Origin: Protoeuglena noctilucae
Lineage: Eukaryota
NCBI GenBank assembly: GCA_958009085.1
Contig: OY253690.1
Coordinates: 1-64,000 of the forward strand
Direction: 5' to 3'
DNA: 64,000 nucleotides
This document shows positions 12,641-25,900 of the stretch, in pieces (the first letter of the stretch is position 1; the number at the start of each line of letters is the position of its first letter). Below the pieces are notes generated by a model that did no database searches, was not told the DNA's origin, and was given only the letters and a program-made list of their open reading frames with translations. Position numbers and translations under genes: made by a program.

Positions 12641-14099
12641 GGGGTGGGGTTTGGGGGTGGGGTGGGGTGGTGGAGAGTGGGATAGGGTTGTAGCGGGCAG
12701 ATGGGGTTGCAGCGGGTATGGGGGCAGTTGGGGTTGGCATGCTGCGACTGTGCGCTGGTGGCCGTCTCCGGCGCCCCTACATGCTGTACCCCTCATAACA
12801 TACGACTGCAGGCCGGTCGCTCGCCGTCGCTGTGGCGATGATGGGCAACCGGCACAGCGCAGAGTCAAGCACCGTGGCTAGCGACGGCCATAGCGCTTGC
12901 GTGCTTGGGTGCGCCACCCAAGTCCCACGCACTGGCGTAACGCGCAGCACCGGGCGTGGCTAGCTGACAAAGCTTTTCGTCGCCAAGACTCCCAATACCT
13001 TAATCCCACGCCCACGCCTGCCGCTCTGCACTGTGCCCGCCGCCGCTTGTGCGTGGCAACACGGCAGGCTCAATCGCGGGCCCTTAGCCCCATCTCCCCG
13101 TTTGGTTTTCGGGTTTCGGGTTGCTTTAGTCCTCTTTTTGCGCAGGCTCAGGATCGGAGAGCCCTCCTCCCTCCTCGTCCCTTTCCGTGCTTTCCACCCC
13201 GCCGGGTCCACTTCTTACGTGCTGTGCCTTATCGTGCTGTGCTGCGTCGTGCCGTGCTGTGCACCCTCTGCCGCGCCGAGCGGCCGCGCCCGGACCCTCT
13301 TTGAAACGCCAGAACAGCGCCAGCGAATGCCAGAACGCCAGAGAGGGCGGCTTACAGGGCAGAGGCACGAGGGGCGTGGCAACCATGGCGCCTTCGTCGC
13401 TTGCGCGACGGGGCTTGCGAGGCGCGAGGTGGGTTGGCACTTTGAGAAGGTGGTGACAGCAGTGCGACAGCACGAAATCTTTGGCGAAGAGATACCATTG
13501 CCGCGACATGCATTAACAGGACCAGGGTGGCCAGCCACGCCAACAGTCGCATTCGAGGGCATGCATTCACACGCACACACCAGCAAGCAAGCAAGCACTC
13601 TCGCCACATTGAAGCCTGCAATGACTCCCTGTCGTGGCGACAGGCATCGTGCTTCCTGCTTCGTCACGCTTTCGCAGGGCGGCAGGGGCGCTCGGCCGCG
13701 TCACTTGCACGCTGGCAGTGCCAAGCCATAGCCATGGCAGTGCTGGCTGTCACGACCATGACCGAGCGAAACAGATAAATTTCACTTTCCTCAACCATCC
13801 CTTGCTCCATCTGGCCCTGTGGCCATCTCAGCTGTTGCACACTGCCGTGCCTTCAACGAAAACTTGTGCGAGGCTAGAAAGGCGGCGAGATACACCGGGT
13901 GAACGGCATTGCACATGGAAGAATCTTTGGTCAGCCTACGGCGCCGGCAGTGGGGAGGCTGGCCGACAAGACAGGTCCTCAGCAGCCAGACGTCGCCTGC
14001 CTCGCAAAGAGAGACGTCACAGCCAGAATGCGAAAGGCGGCTATCGCTGCTGCAGTGGAGTTTAAAGCGCTTACAGCCTGCTATCTGCACCTTCGCCTA

Positions 14100-15530
14100 C
14101 CCGCGCTGGTCGCACCGCACACCTGTCCCCTCCACCCCCTGGCCCTCCAGTACCTCGACCCTCCGCTGCATGCCTTAAAAGCAAATCCACGACCCCCTTT
14201 GGCTTCTGTCACCCGCAGCGTGCCATTGCGCACCGTGGCGAACACGCCCTCGCCCTGACTACCACTTCACATGACAACTCGAGTACCTGACCTCCCTGCA
14301 GGTCGATGACGCCCCCTCCGCAACAGCGCGCGCCAGCTCCTGCCCGCTCGACACTTGCCTGCGGGCCAGACATCGTCCTGACTTAATGTGTCGCACTGTT
14401 CTCTGGAGACCTGGCGATGCCACATGAGTGCGCATGTGACGGCCTCCTGGCACTGGACGTGCCGACGCTAACTCATCCCTCTCCAAATGTGATTTACTAA
14501 CTAGTGCGTCCCCGTGACTGGAACTGTGCTACGCACCTCCTCTCTACCATCCCCAGCGCCCTTTCCCTCCTGCATCAACCCTTCGCTCGCCATGGCCTGC
14601 AAGTTTCAAAGCGACACTTGCGCATTGCTCAAGTCCGGGCCCTGTTGATGGTACAGGATCCACGGTGCCCTGAAGCGCCTGGCAAGCACCAACTGCAAGC
14701 AGCACAAACTAGACTTCCCAGTCACCTTCCAGCGTTGCTCGGGGAGGTCCTGCAGAATGGCACCCAGCACGCCCTCCTTCCCAATAAAGGCCACCTAGTG
14801 CAGGGTTCTTAAGTACCCCGCCCCCGTGCGCATGTCCGGCCGCCGGCTGCCACCCTTTTGCATGTCAGCGCACCACTGCCCCAGCGCCATGCACTCCTCG
14901 AACACGCCCCCAACCATGGCCCTGCCTCGGAGGCCTGTTTCATCGTTGCCGCCTGCCATCACAGGAACGCTGTCGCCACATCCTCAGCCTTGCACCCTCC
15001 AGCATGGCCCCCCGGCACATTTTGTACATCTGACACACGGCGGCTCCGCGCACGTGGCCAGCAGCCGCACCACGTGTCGATGCCGCAGCGCCGACAGCAG
15101 CTCCGCCTCCGTCGCAATCTGCCGCGCCACGTCCTCTGTCTCACCTGCTGCCGCCAAGCCTAGCGCTTTGCTCCTGGACAACTTGTCATGGTACTTTTGT
15201 CAGTGGCGGTTACTGTGCCATGCCTTGCCTGACTACGTCTGCCATACTCCTTACGATATCCTTGAATTTCAGCATGTGCAAATAAGTAATATACGATGCA
15301 CCCACTCCCTACAACCTCAGCAACCGAGTTTTGTTTCCAGCCGCATATGTAAGCCACATCCCGTCCGGCGAGAACGCCACCGAGGTCACCCATCTAGAGT
15401 GCCCAGACAGCGTGCGCACCTCCGCCCCCGTCGCCGCGTCCCATAGCTTGACCGTGTTGTCGCCTGACCCGCTCGCCAGCAGCTTGCCGTCCGGCGAGAA
15501 CGCCACCGATCGGACTTCTGCATCATGTCC
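14100..15530 (-). pseudogene. Degenerate WD40-repeat and protein-kinase gene fragments
   Basis: WD40: GHDAEVRSVAFSPDGKLLASGSGDNTVKLWD..GHSRWVTSVAFSPDG (15345-15530). Kinase-like pieces: IATEAELLSALRHRHVVRLLATC (~15050-15140), C..LGQWC.....SRRPDM (~14830-14900) and GEGVFATVRNG (~14220-14255). No continuous frame links them. Confidence 0.6.
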
Positions 15531-16932
15531 CCAGTCCATTTGTGGCGTGCACGTCTTCCGTCCAGCTGATTGACCACCCCACTGCAAACAACACACGCTC
15601 AGCATTTTCGTGATGCATTTCTCCTTGCATTTGGTAATATTCCACCCGCGTCTCGTCCGCCCGGCGTCACTGTCCTTCTCACCGCTACAAAACGCCTCTC
15701 CTCCGCAGCACGCTTCTCTTCTGCAGCACGCCTCTCCTCCCGCTTCGCGTCACCCATCCCCTGGCTCGCCTCCATGAACCTCAAGGCTGCGCTCAAGTTA
15801 CCTCCGCGACCGCTTGCTGGCCCCGCCTCCCATCGTGCAGACTCGTGCAGTGGATTAAGCTCCGCTGCGAGCGCTTCGGATGGCTCTGGATGCCTACACG
15901 TCCCGGCTGCGCGCACGGCGGGCATTGGCATGCTAAGTGCCACGACGGCGCCGGGGAGGGGCACCGGGCGCCAAAGGCCCTGCCAGGTAACAGTTGTCTC
16001 AGAGATGCGCTTGAAATCATGCCCGAGAGCAGGTCGGGCCCCGCGATCAGGCGCAGCGGGCCCCGAGCGAGCGCGACAAGGTTAGGCCCACATCTGGCTC
16101 TCCCGGCGCCCAGGGGCACCTCGCAAGTGTGAGTGCGAGCGAAGACAACGAGAAGCGCCCAAAGCAGAGCAGAAAAGGCCCACTCAACGGATGGTTGGCC
16201 ACCGGGGACAGTCAACGAAGGCCCGGCGCGCGCGAAGCCTCCGCACATCGCAGCGGGCTGATGAACGTTCAGCAACCTGTGTCATGACGTGATCTATAGC
16301 TCGCCGCTCTGACTCCTCGCCTTGTCCAGCCCGTAAGCGCCCAGCGTCTTCTGGGTCGGATTCAAGCGTACAGAGCGCACGCTCGACAGGAGATGCGCTG
16401 CGACTGACGATCGCACTCGACTTCTCGCGCGCTGCGGCGTCGAAAGCGGCTTTGTGGGCCCGAGCGCCGTGTCAGACGGGAGCAAAGTACCCGCAGGATC
16501 GCTCAGATCTCTCATATCGCGTATCAAATGCAACCAATTTGTCGCATCTCACTCCTGACAGCGCCTACCACCTTCCCGCGCTAAAATTACCAGTTACTGT
16601 ATGCACAATACTCTTCGCATGTCCAAAAGCCCCCCTCTCCCTTTGTGGGTATGAGCATTGTGCCGGGATGGGTTAGCCAGACGCGTTCGGGAGCGGGTGC
16701 AGGCTGCGTGCATCTGGCCTGCAGCCATTATCGCTTGCCAATGCTGTGACGTGCACAAGCGCCATTCAACAGGGGCGGCCAGCCACGCCAACAGCCGCAC
16801 GCAAACATACACACACATGCACATGCATACATACGCACGCAGCCCCTACATGCATACCACAAACACAACCCAGGCCTCTCCCCACCACAACCACTCCCCA
16901 CCGCCAACAACAACCCCACGAACCCCTCTCCC

Positions 16933-19900
16933 TCAGTTGTGGATGCGCGTCATGTCCCCCACCGCCCTGTTGCACAGCGCCCCGCCCTTGGTCGTCCTCA
17001 GGCACACCGGATACAGCCCCCGCCCCTCCCCGCTCGCCGCCACCGACTGCGGCATGCAGCCCTCGCACGGGCCGTTGTGGCCGCACGTGTTTAAGACGTA
17101 GGCGCTCTTGGCGGCGCCGCACAAAGGGCAGAGCTTCTTGTTCAGGGTAAGCAGCTCGTCCTAAGGGGGGGGGAGGTGGGAGGTGGGGTGAGGTGGTGAG
17201 CAGGGTCACAGCCAAGCCGCCAGCCGAGAGGGCCTGCGATAGTGCCATGCAATTGTAATGCAATTGCGATCCATTCGTGTCCATATAAGCAATCGAATCG
17301 ACTCTCACCGTGGTCAGCCGAGAGGGGCCATGCGGCACGCGCCCTGCCGCCGCCGCTGCCACCGCCGGCGCTTGCGCAGATGCGGGTGCTTGCGCGTAAG
17401 CGGGTGCGGGTGCGGATGTGTAGGTGGGTGCGGGTGCGGCTGAGGCTGTCGGGTACCCTGCCCCACCCCCACCCACCCCCGCCCCCATCCCAACCCCCGC
17501 CATCTGCCCCGCACTCGCCGCCTGGTGACGCAACAACTGCAGAATCGCACCATCCACACCCCCCGCCGACCCACTCCAACCTGCACCCGCACCACCACTG
17601 CTGCCCCTTACGCCACTCCCCAACACCCCCAGCAAGCCCTCCAGCGCACCCAACCCACCCGCACTCGCACCCGCACTCGCACCCGCACTCGCCCCGAACC
17701 CAGTGCTTGCGTTCGCGTTCGCACCGTAAACGGGCGTAGTGGGGCTCGGTAACAGCCAATTGGGGACGCTGGTCGTGGGATAGGCCGAGGGCAGGCCGGA
17801 GGCGGGGGCCGCGGGGTTCTGGCGCTGACTCAGGGATGCCTGAGACTGCGACTGACTCAGGGACGGCTGGGCCGCCCATTGCGACTGAGGCTGCGACTGC
17901 GATGGGCCCGGCTGTAACAACCCCGATTGCCCGGCCAGTCCCAGCCCCGGTTGCGATTGCGGCTGTGACAGTGGCTGCGATGGCTGTCCCGGCAACCCCA
18001 CTGACCGCCCCGCTCGTATCGCCTCCATCCGCACCTCCAGCTCCTTAATAGACCGCAGCACCCCATCCGCCTCGGGATTCGAACCTCTATCGCCTTCCCG
18101 CCCCAGCCCCTCTCCCCGCAGCAGCCTCGCCACCTCCTCCACACCCCTGCCAAGCCCACTCACACTCCCACCCGCACCCGCACCACCCACTCCCCCACGC
18201 CCCAGCTGCCCCGGCTGCAGCGACTGTGCCGATGACAGCGCAAGCAGCCGCGCAAACTCTGGCAGAGTGTCCGGAACGCCAGACCCCACTGCACCCTGCT
18301 GCTGCTGTGGCTGTTGCGACTGCCCCGCGCTGAGCATCTGAACGATCTTGGGAAGCACATCCATCACACCACCACCCGCACCCACACCCGCACTGCCACC
18401 CACACCCGCACCCATCGTCCCCCTCGCACCGCCCAGCCCCGGCGACGCCGGCCGGGGCGGCCGTGCGGGCGACTGCGCCTGCGATTGCGAGTGCAGTTGC
18501 GAGGACGGACCGGACTGCGCCGATGCGGGGCCTGTGATGTGCCCCGAGGTTCGGGGTGCGAGGGGCAGGAGTGCGGTGGCGGTCGCCAGGTGCGTGGGGA
18601 TGCCAGAGACACCCGATGCACCGAAGGGTGGCAATTGGGATGAAGGATAGGGGAAGAGGGAGTCGGCGAGGTCCGGCTGCTGCGGTGGCTGAGGCTGGGC
18701 GGCGGGGGCGGTGGCGGCGGTGATGGCGGCGGCCTCGATTTGAGCCCTGGCCTCCAAACGCTGGCGCTCCTGCGTGGGTGGGGTGGGATGGGGGTGGCAG
18801 CGGGGGTGGTGGTATGGGTGGCAGCGGGGGCCATCTCTACTCTCACCACCCTCAGTCACCCTCACCTTATCACCACCCCATTGCTAACTTCACTTCTAAA
18901 CACCCCTCACCTCCATTTCCCTCCTCTCTGCTTCCTCCCTCTCCTTCGCCTCCCTCTCTTTCTTCCTCTGAATCGTCTCCTGTCCCTCATCCACGGGGGC
19001 CCAGGTCAGCCGCCCCACCACGGCATTCAGAAGGCGGGACTGGGGGGATGCTGGTGACTGGGGGGGTGGGGGAGGGGGGAGAGGTGGGTGAGAGACATGG
19101 AATGTGGATGGGAGAGATTGGATTAAAGAGACAGAATGTGGATGGGAGAGGCGGGATAGACAAGTCGGGGTGCTTGTCGTTTACTGTCAACCGGATCTCT
19201 ATCAGCGCGAATAATAGCCATCGTACTATCAAGATAGTCTTAGACAGTATCATACTCACACCCACCACCCTCACCTCATCTCTCTCCATGACCCTCGGCA
19301 GGTCCCGCATCACCGCCCTCCCCTTGACCACCCTCGCCCCCAGATCCTCGCCCAGCGATCGCTGCGCCGCCACCGACACCGGGTGACACCGCAGGACACT
19401 GGCATAGCGCCAGAAGGGTGTGTCGCCCGATAAGGGGCGGACGCGCTGCTTGGCGGCCAGCAGGCCCACCAGGCTACCCCCCGCCAATGAGGGGTGGAAA
19501 AAGGCCAAGAGGTGGTCGCGGGGGGCGGCGGGGATCGATGGGGAGAGCTCGGACTGCATAAGGGGAGGGGGGTGAAGAGGGTGTAAGTGGGGGTGGGGTT
19601 TGGTGGGGGTAAGGGTGGAGAGTGAGTGGTGGGGGTGGCGGTGGTGAGTGGGGGTGACGGGGGTTGCAAGGATGAGAGGAGAGTGAAGTTGCATGGATGG
19701 CGAGCATTGCAGTAGTACGGAGTTACCGGTTAACAATGGTAACAACGAGTTACCACCATCCAGTCTCCCCTCACACCTCCGGCAGCTCCACGTGGTCTCC
19801 CAGTCACATGACCCACCTATCAATGACAGTTAGATACTAACTATGTATATTTGTTATAATAACAATATCATCCACCCTTCTCACCTCCGGCAGCTCCACG

Positions 19901-22900
19901 TCGTCCCCCCTCTCCACCGCCTCGGCCACCTCCTCCCTCGCTGCATCAGGCACCATCACCAGCACCAGACAGTCGTAACTCTCCGGATCCAGCACCCGCA
20001 CGGACCCCTCCCACTCCACCACCTCGCTCCCACTCCCCTCCCCCTCATCACCCCCACCCTCACCGTCGCCCTCGCTCCCACCCTCATACACACCCACCCC
20101 GCTCGCCACCCTCCTCGCCGCCAGTCGCCTAGCAGATGCGGCAGCTTGCACCCGCGCCATCTGAACCGCCACGGCGCGCGGCCCCATTCCCACCAACCCC
20201 CCCGACCCCTCCAGCAACGAAACGCCAGAACCGGCGCCAGAGTCGCCGTGTCGGTCGTCGGGAACCTCGCGGCCCCGGACGAACGCCTCGGCCCACGCCT
20301 CTGCTTGAGATGCGACCATCGCACCCCCTAATGGCTGTCCCCTCCCCCGCAAGTCAACCCGCACCCCACCCGCCCCACTTCGTGCTTTCTCCCTCCCCAC
20401 CCGCGCCCTCTCCCTCGCCCTCGCCACCTCCGCCGCCACCTCCCCCACCATCTCCTGCGCCGCTCTGTCGCTCGCCCGCACCGCCGCAGCACGTTTCGAG
20501 GCAACCTGCTCCGCCACCCAGTGCACCTCACGCTCCGTCACGGCACGATCGTGCTGCTCGTCGGCGCTGGTCAGCAGCTCGCTGGCCTGCCGCAGTAAGG
20601 CGGTGACGGCCGCACGGAAGGGGGAAGGAGGGGCGGAGGGTGGTTGTGGTGGGGTGGTGGTGGAGGCGGTGGTGGGTGTGGGTGGGGGTGCAGGTGCGGT
20701 GGTGGGTGGCAGTGGGGGTGGCTGTGGGGGTGGCTGTGGGGGTGGCAGTGAGGGTGGCTGTGCGGGTGGCAGTGCGGGTGGCAGTGCGGGTGGCATTGAG
20801 GGTGGTGCTGCTCGTGTGTCGGCTGCCCCTCTGCTCTCCGGCTCGCCCGCACCGGCCGGCGCCAGGGCCTGCGAGGGAAGGGAAGTGCATGAGGTATATA
20901 TATGTATAACTATAAGTATTGATGGTAAGATACTAACAAGCGAGGTTGGTTGGACAGATGATCATCAACCACGCTAACCATAACCATGGAATTCAAATCA
21001 TGCCGAGCCACTCGCCACCTCGCCCTCCCCCGTCTTCTTCCCTCCCAGTGCCCCCCCCTTGGCCCCCAGCGCCGCGACCGCCTTGGCCAGTTCCGACAGT
21101 TTGTTCGAAGCAGCGGGGGATGCCACAGATGCTGGGGTTGCAGTTGCAGTCACACCCGCACCCACAACCGCACCCGCACCCGCATCGCTCCCAACGCCCC
21201 GCTGCGGCGACGCCGGCGCCGGCGCCGGCCGCGCGGATCCCGACACCGCCGGCTCTGACGGGGTTTCTGACACGGCAGGCTCTGACACCGCCGCCGGTGG
21301 TTGTGACGCCGCAAGTGGCGCGGGTGCAGGTGCGGGTGCGGGCATTGCCTTGCTGGCGACATGTTGCGGGGATGGGGGTGCGGCGTTGGGGTTGAGGCGG
21401 GTCGGCGGCGGGGGTGGCGGTAAGGGTGGGTGCGTGGGTGCACGGATGGGTGCTTGGGTGGGTGGGACCCATGGGAAGGCGTCCGGGTGCAGATTGGTGG
21501 ATTCCGGGTTCGATTCCACGCTTGCTCCCGAGCTGAGGAACCTCCATTGGAGGTCGCTGCGGCGGGGGGGGTGAGGGGGTGGGAGTTGGTGTGGGTGTGA
21601 CGGGTGGGGGTGTGAGGAGGGGTTGGGAGTAAGGGGTGATGGTTGCGAAATAAGGTTGATACTCATTGTATTATGGAGGTCATTCGAAGTCCAAACGTCT
21701 GATAACCCTGTCACTCTCACCCCACCTGCACCCGCCCCCGCACCCGCACCCCACCCACCTCATCTCACCCCACACCAAACCACCCTCCACCCCCTTACCT
21801 GTTTCATCCCCACATGCAACCCAGCCCCATCCCACCCACACCTACACCCCCCACACACCCAACCACCCCACCCCCCACCCCCCCTCACCTCCCCTCTCCC
21901 CAGATGCCCTCCCCCTCGCCCGCCTCGGGCGCCCGGGAGGCCTCGCGCCGCAAATCGGCCAGCGAGTATCCCTCGAGGGTCGAACCCGTGACGTACTGGG
22001 ACGCAAAGGAGGCGCGCAGGCGCTGGCCGCAAAACACGCCCATCTGCGTTTTGAGAGAAGGGGAGGGGGTGGGCAGTGTTTGCATGGTTCTGCCTGCGTT
22101 ACCGCATTATGGATAACCGCCACTAGCCAGATATTGATTGGTGGAAAGGCGCGGGTGGATGCAGCCACCCACTACCAGTATCGCTACTAGTCAATGCACC
22201 AGTGACCATAGCTATCGATTACCAACACTAACTATCGGTCACCACCCCTCACCTTGGCGGTGTTGGTCTGTATGCCGTCCAGCACGACCTGCGCCTGGCT
22301 GGGGTTGCTCCCTTGGAAGACCACGAAGGCGCACCGGGCATCGGGGATCACGTGGACGCCCTCGATGTCCAACTGAGATGGGAGTCGGGAATGGTTATAT
22401 CATAAAATATATTATATTATACGATATAAGTGATAATGCTGCTGCAACAACGCAAGGGGATCATGCGAACGCCCTCGATGTCCAGCAGGGGAAGTAACTG
22501 AAAGGATCATTATTATATGACAACAATAATTATTATCAATTATCAATTATCATTCATCACCCCACCTCACCTGCCCCTCGTACTGCAGCAGGTGCCCCAG
22601 CAGCAACGTGTCGGGGGGGGAGGGGTTGGCACGCGCGACCGCGTCGAAGTCCACGCCGTCGATCAGCTGCGAAAGGGAATGGGGTGGAGGGAGTGGATGA
22701 ATTGATGACGATGATGAGAGTTACATCAATCAATGATGACAGTGGATCGATACTGACAGACAGTTGCATTGGCACTGCTGTACTTACCGCCCCCAGCAGC
22801 ACGCTCCCTCCTCACCACCCACCACCCGTCTCTTACTAACACAATGTTCATCTGTTTATAAATTCATATTCATGTTCGACCATCCGCCCTCACCAGCACG

Positions 22901-25900
22901 CTCGTGGGCTCGTCCGCCCTCATCGCCCCCACCAGCTCCCCCACCGCCGCCCCCCACACGCGGCTGAGGGTGCGCGTGGCTGCCTCGCGCCGCTGCGGAT
23001 GTGGAAACGACGATTGCTAACGATAACACATTGATGGTAATGAATGTGGATAACAATGAGATAAGACTGTAAGGCCCATACACGCGCGACAGGGTGCGCA
23101 TGGCAGCCTCGCGCCTCTGCGAATGAGATGAAGCGATCGATTAAGCGGTATACTGATAGTGATACCATGTAAGAGTAACATGTGATAATAATGACATGTC
23201 GTTTGGTTGCACTCGCCGCCCCACCCCACCACTGCTGTAACCCCCCCCCCTCCCACCCCTCACCTCCTCCCTCCCCTCTCCCCTCATCGCCCCCCCCAGC
23301 GACGGGAACTCCTCCAACCCCACTCCCGTGATCATCGACTGCCCGGTCAATGCCACGCGCCTCCGCAAAGCACGTTCCTGAGCGGCAGCATAGGCGGTGA
23401 GGGCGCCCCACAGGGACTGCGAGTAATGGGGGGTGGTCAGATGATAAGTGAGTGTCGTTATATATAGCATATTATAGATATAGATGATAGATGTAGGTAA
23501 ATATATAAACATGTGCACCTCGCAGCCTCACGTGCGCCACAAATCTCTCTCACCAGTAAATCCGCAGATCTAAGCTACCAATCATTCCGGCTATCCATCG
23601 CATTCTAACAAAGCACAACAGCACCCACCACCCCTCCACCTTCTCACCTGCGCCACTCCCCCACTCCTGACCACCTCCCCTGTCACCACCGCCTCCAACT
23701 CCGCAAAGCCCTCCCCGTCCCTCTCATCCGCGATCACGGGAATCTCCGATCCCAGATGCGCATTCAAATCCAATCCCTCCATCCTGGCCAATTCCAAATC
23801 CTCAGCCAATGTCGCCTCGTCTCTCTCCACACCGTACGAGCGCGAACCACCCGCAAACTCCATCAGGGACTGAGATGAGTGGAAGGGGGTAAGCTTATAC
23901 TTATAATTATTTATGTATATTTATATGTATATGTACGAACGCGAGCCGCCCGTAAACTCCATCAGACCAACCCCCATGCCCTCACCTGCACCTTCCGCTT
24001 GCCACCTCCCACCCCCGCCCCCGCTTGCTGCCACCCCCCATACCCTTGCCCTTGCACCCCCACCCCCTGCCCCCCCACTCCCGCATTCCCCACCCCCCCC
24101 CCATCCTCCTCTTCCCCCTCGCTCTCCTCATCTCTCTCCTCGTTTCTGGCATCGCGGCGGCGCACCCGCAGCGGCTGGGCCGCCACCTTCACCTGCACCG
24201 AGCCGGGGGCAGGGGCGCGGCGGGACGCCTGGGGAGGGAAGGGGCGGGCTTAGTATTATACATGTTTGATTTTATTAGCATTATCATTATTGCCATAATA
24301 GTATTATGATAATAATATTATAATATTGACATGTAACATGGTCAATGTCAGCCACCATGCATGCCTACGCACAGTCACCTGCGCCCGCGCCCTCTCGGCC
24401 GTCTGGCGCCTCTCCGCACGCCGCTGCGAGGGAAAAAAAGATAATTATTTATTACGAAACACATAGCTACCTATAACATCCCAACCAACACTCATATTCA
24501 CTCTATCTATATCCCCTCAATACACACAACACCCACCTTAATTGCCGCCGCCCTCCTCCTCCTCTCCTCTCCCCTCACCATCACATCCAGATCCCCCATA
24601 TCAATCGACAAACAATCGTTTTCATTATAATCAACTCATTCACCCAAACACCCACCTTGATCGCCGCCGGCCTCCTCCTCCTCTTCGCCTCTTCTTTGAC
24701 CTTAATCGCAGCCTCCGCCTCCCTCAGCCGCTGCGCCTCCCTTTCCCTCTCCTTTTCCGCCCGCAGCGCCGCACGCAAACCAGCGGGGGTGCGCCCGGGG
24801 TGAACCTCCGTCACCTCTGCGGAGGGGAGGGCAATTGAAGAAAAATTGGTGTTGGTATTACTTGTTATTATCACAATCATAGTATTATCATAGTAATACC
24901 ATGACATATCCGTATACTGTATAATACTTGTATGATCTACAGCAACGATTATATTGCATATATAATATTAATAATGACCACCACCCCCACCACAAACTCA
25001 CCCGCCACCACCGTCTTGCTGGCGTTGACCCCGTCCCCCGCCCCCCCGTACTGCACCACCTCCGTCAGCACCCCCGGACAGCCGTCGGTAGGGCAAAGCG
25101 CGATGCCAGAAGCCGGCCCTTGATTCTGCGCCCCCTTTTTGGCCGGGTCCCACCCCGCCCACTGCCCCCCCCGCGCTTGGATGGCGGATTTGAGTTGCCG
25201 ATAGCAGTCGGGGTAATGGTAGGTCATGTTTTTGCAGCCGAAGGAGCAGGAGAGGGCGATGCGGGGGTGGCAGGCGCGGACTGCAAGGAGGGGTGGCTTG
25301 GGGGGTTGAGGGGTTGTTGGTTGAGGGGGTGGTTTGGGTGGGGTTGGAAGCGGGTGTGAGGTGATCGGAGCAATGAGACAAGTCGGAGTTATGAACCCTA
25401 CCCCCCCAAGTGATCGCTGTTACCATCACTAAAATTCATAACAAACACTCACTTGCCCTCCCCTCCCCCTCGACCCTGCATATAGCATCCTCCATCGTTG
25501 CCCCCTCATGTACGGTCGTCGCGCTGGGGCTCATCCTCACCTCTCACCTGAGCTATTACCACTACTACCATATTTAACAACGATAACCAATAACAACTCA
25601 CTTGCCCTCCCCTCCCCCTCCACTTTACATATAGCGTCTTCCATCGTTGCCCCCTCCACCACCGTTGTCGCGCTGGGGCTCATGCCACACCGATCCACCA
25701 CCGCCTGCCTCGCCGCTTCGATCCTCTCCATCCGCTGGCGCTCCTCGTCTCTTTTCGCACGGATCTCCGCTTCCTGGGGACGATAATATAGATGGTGAAC
25801 AGTGTATATTATTGAGTAGTTGATAACGACTGTGGTACTGATGATGACTAGTGTGGATACGAGGCATGGTGGGGTTGCAGGGTGTGCGGGGGGTGCAAGG

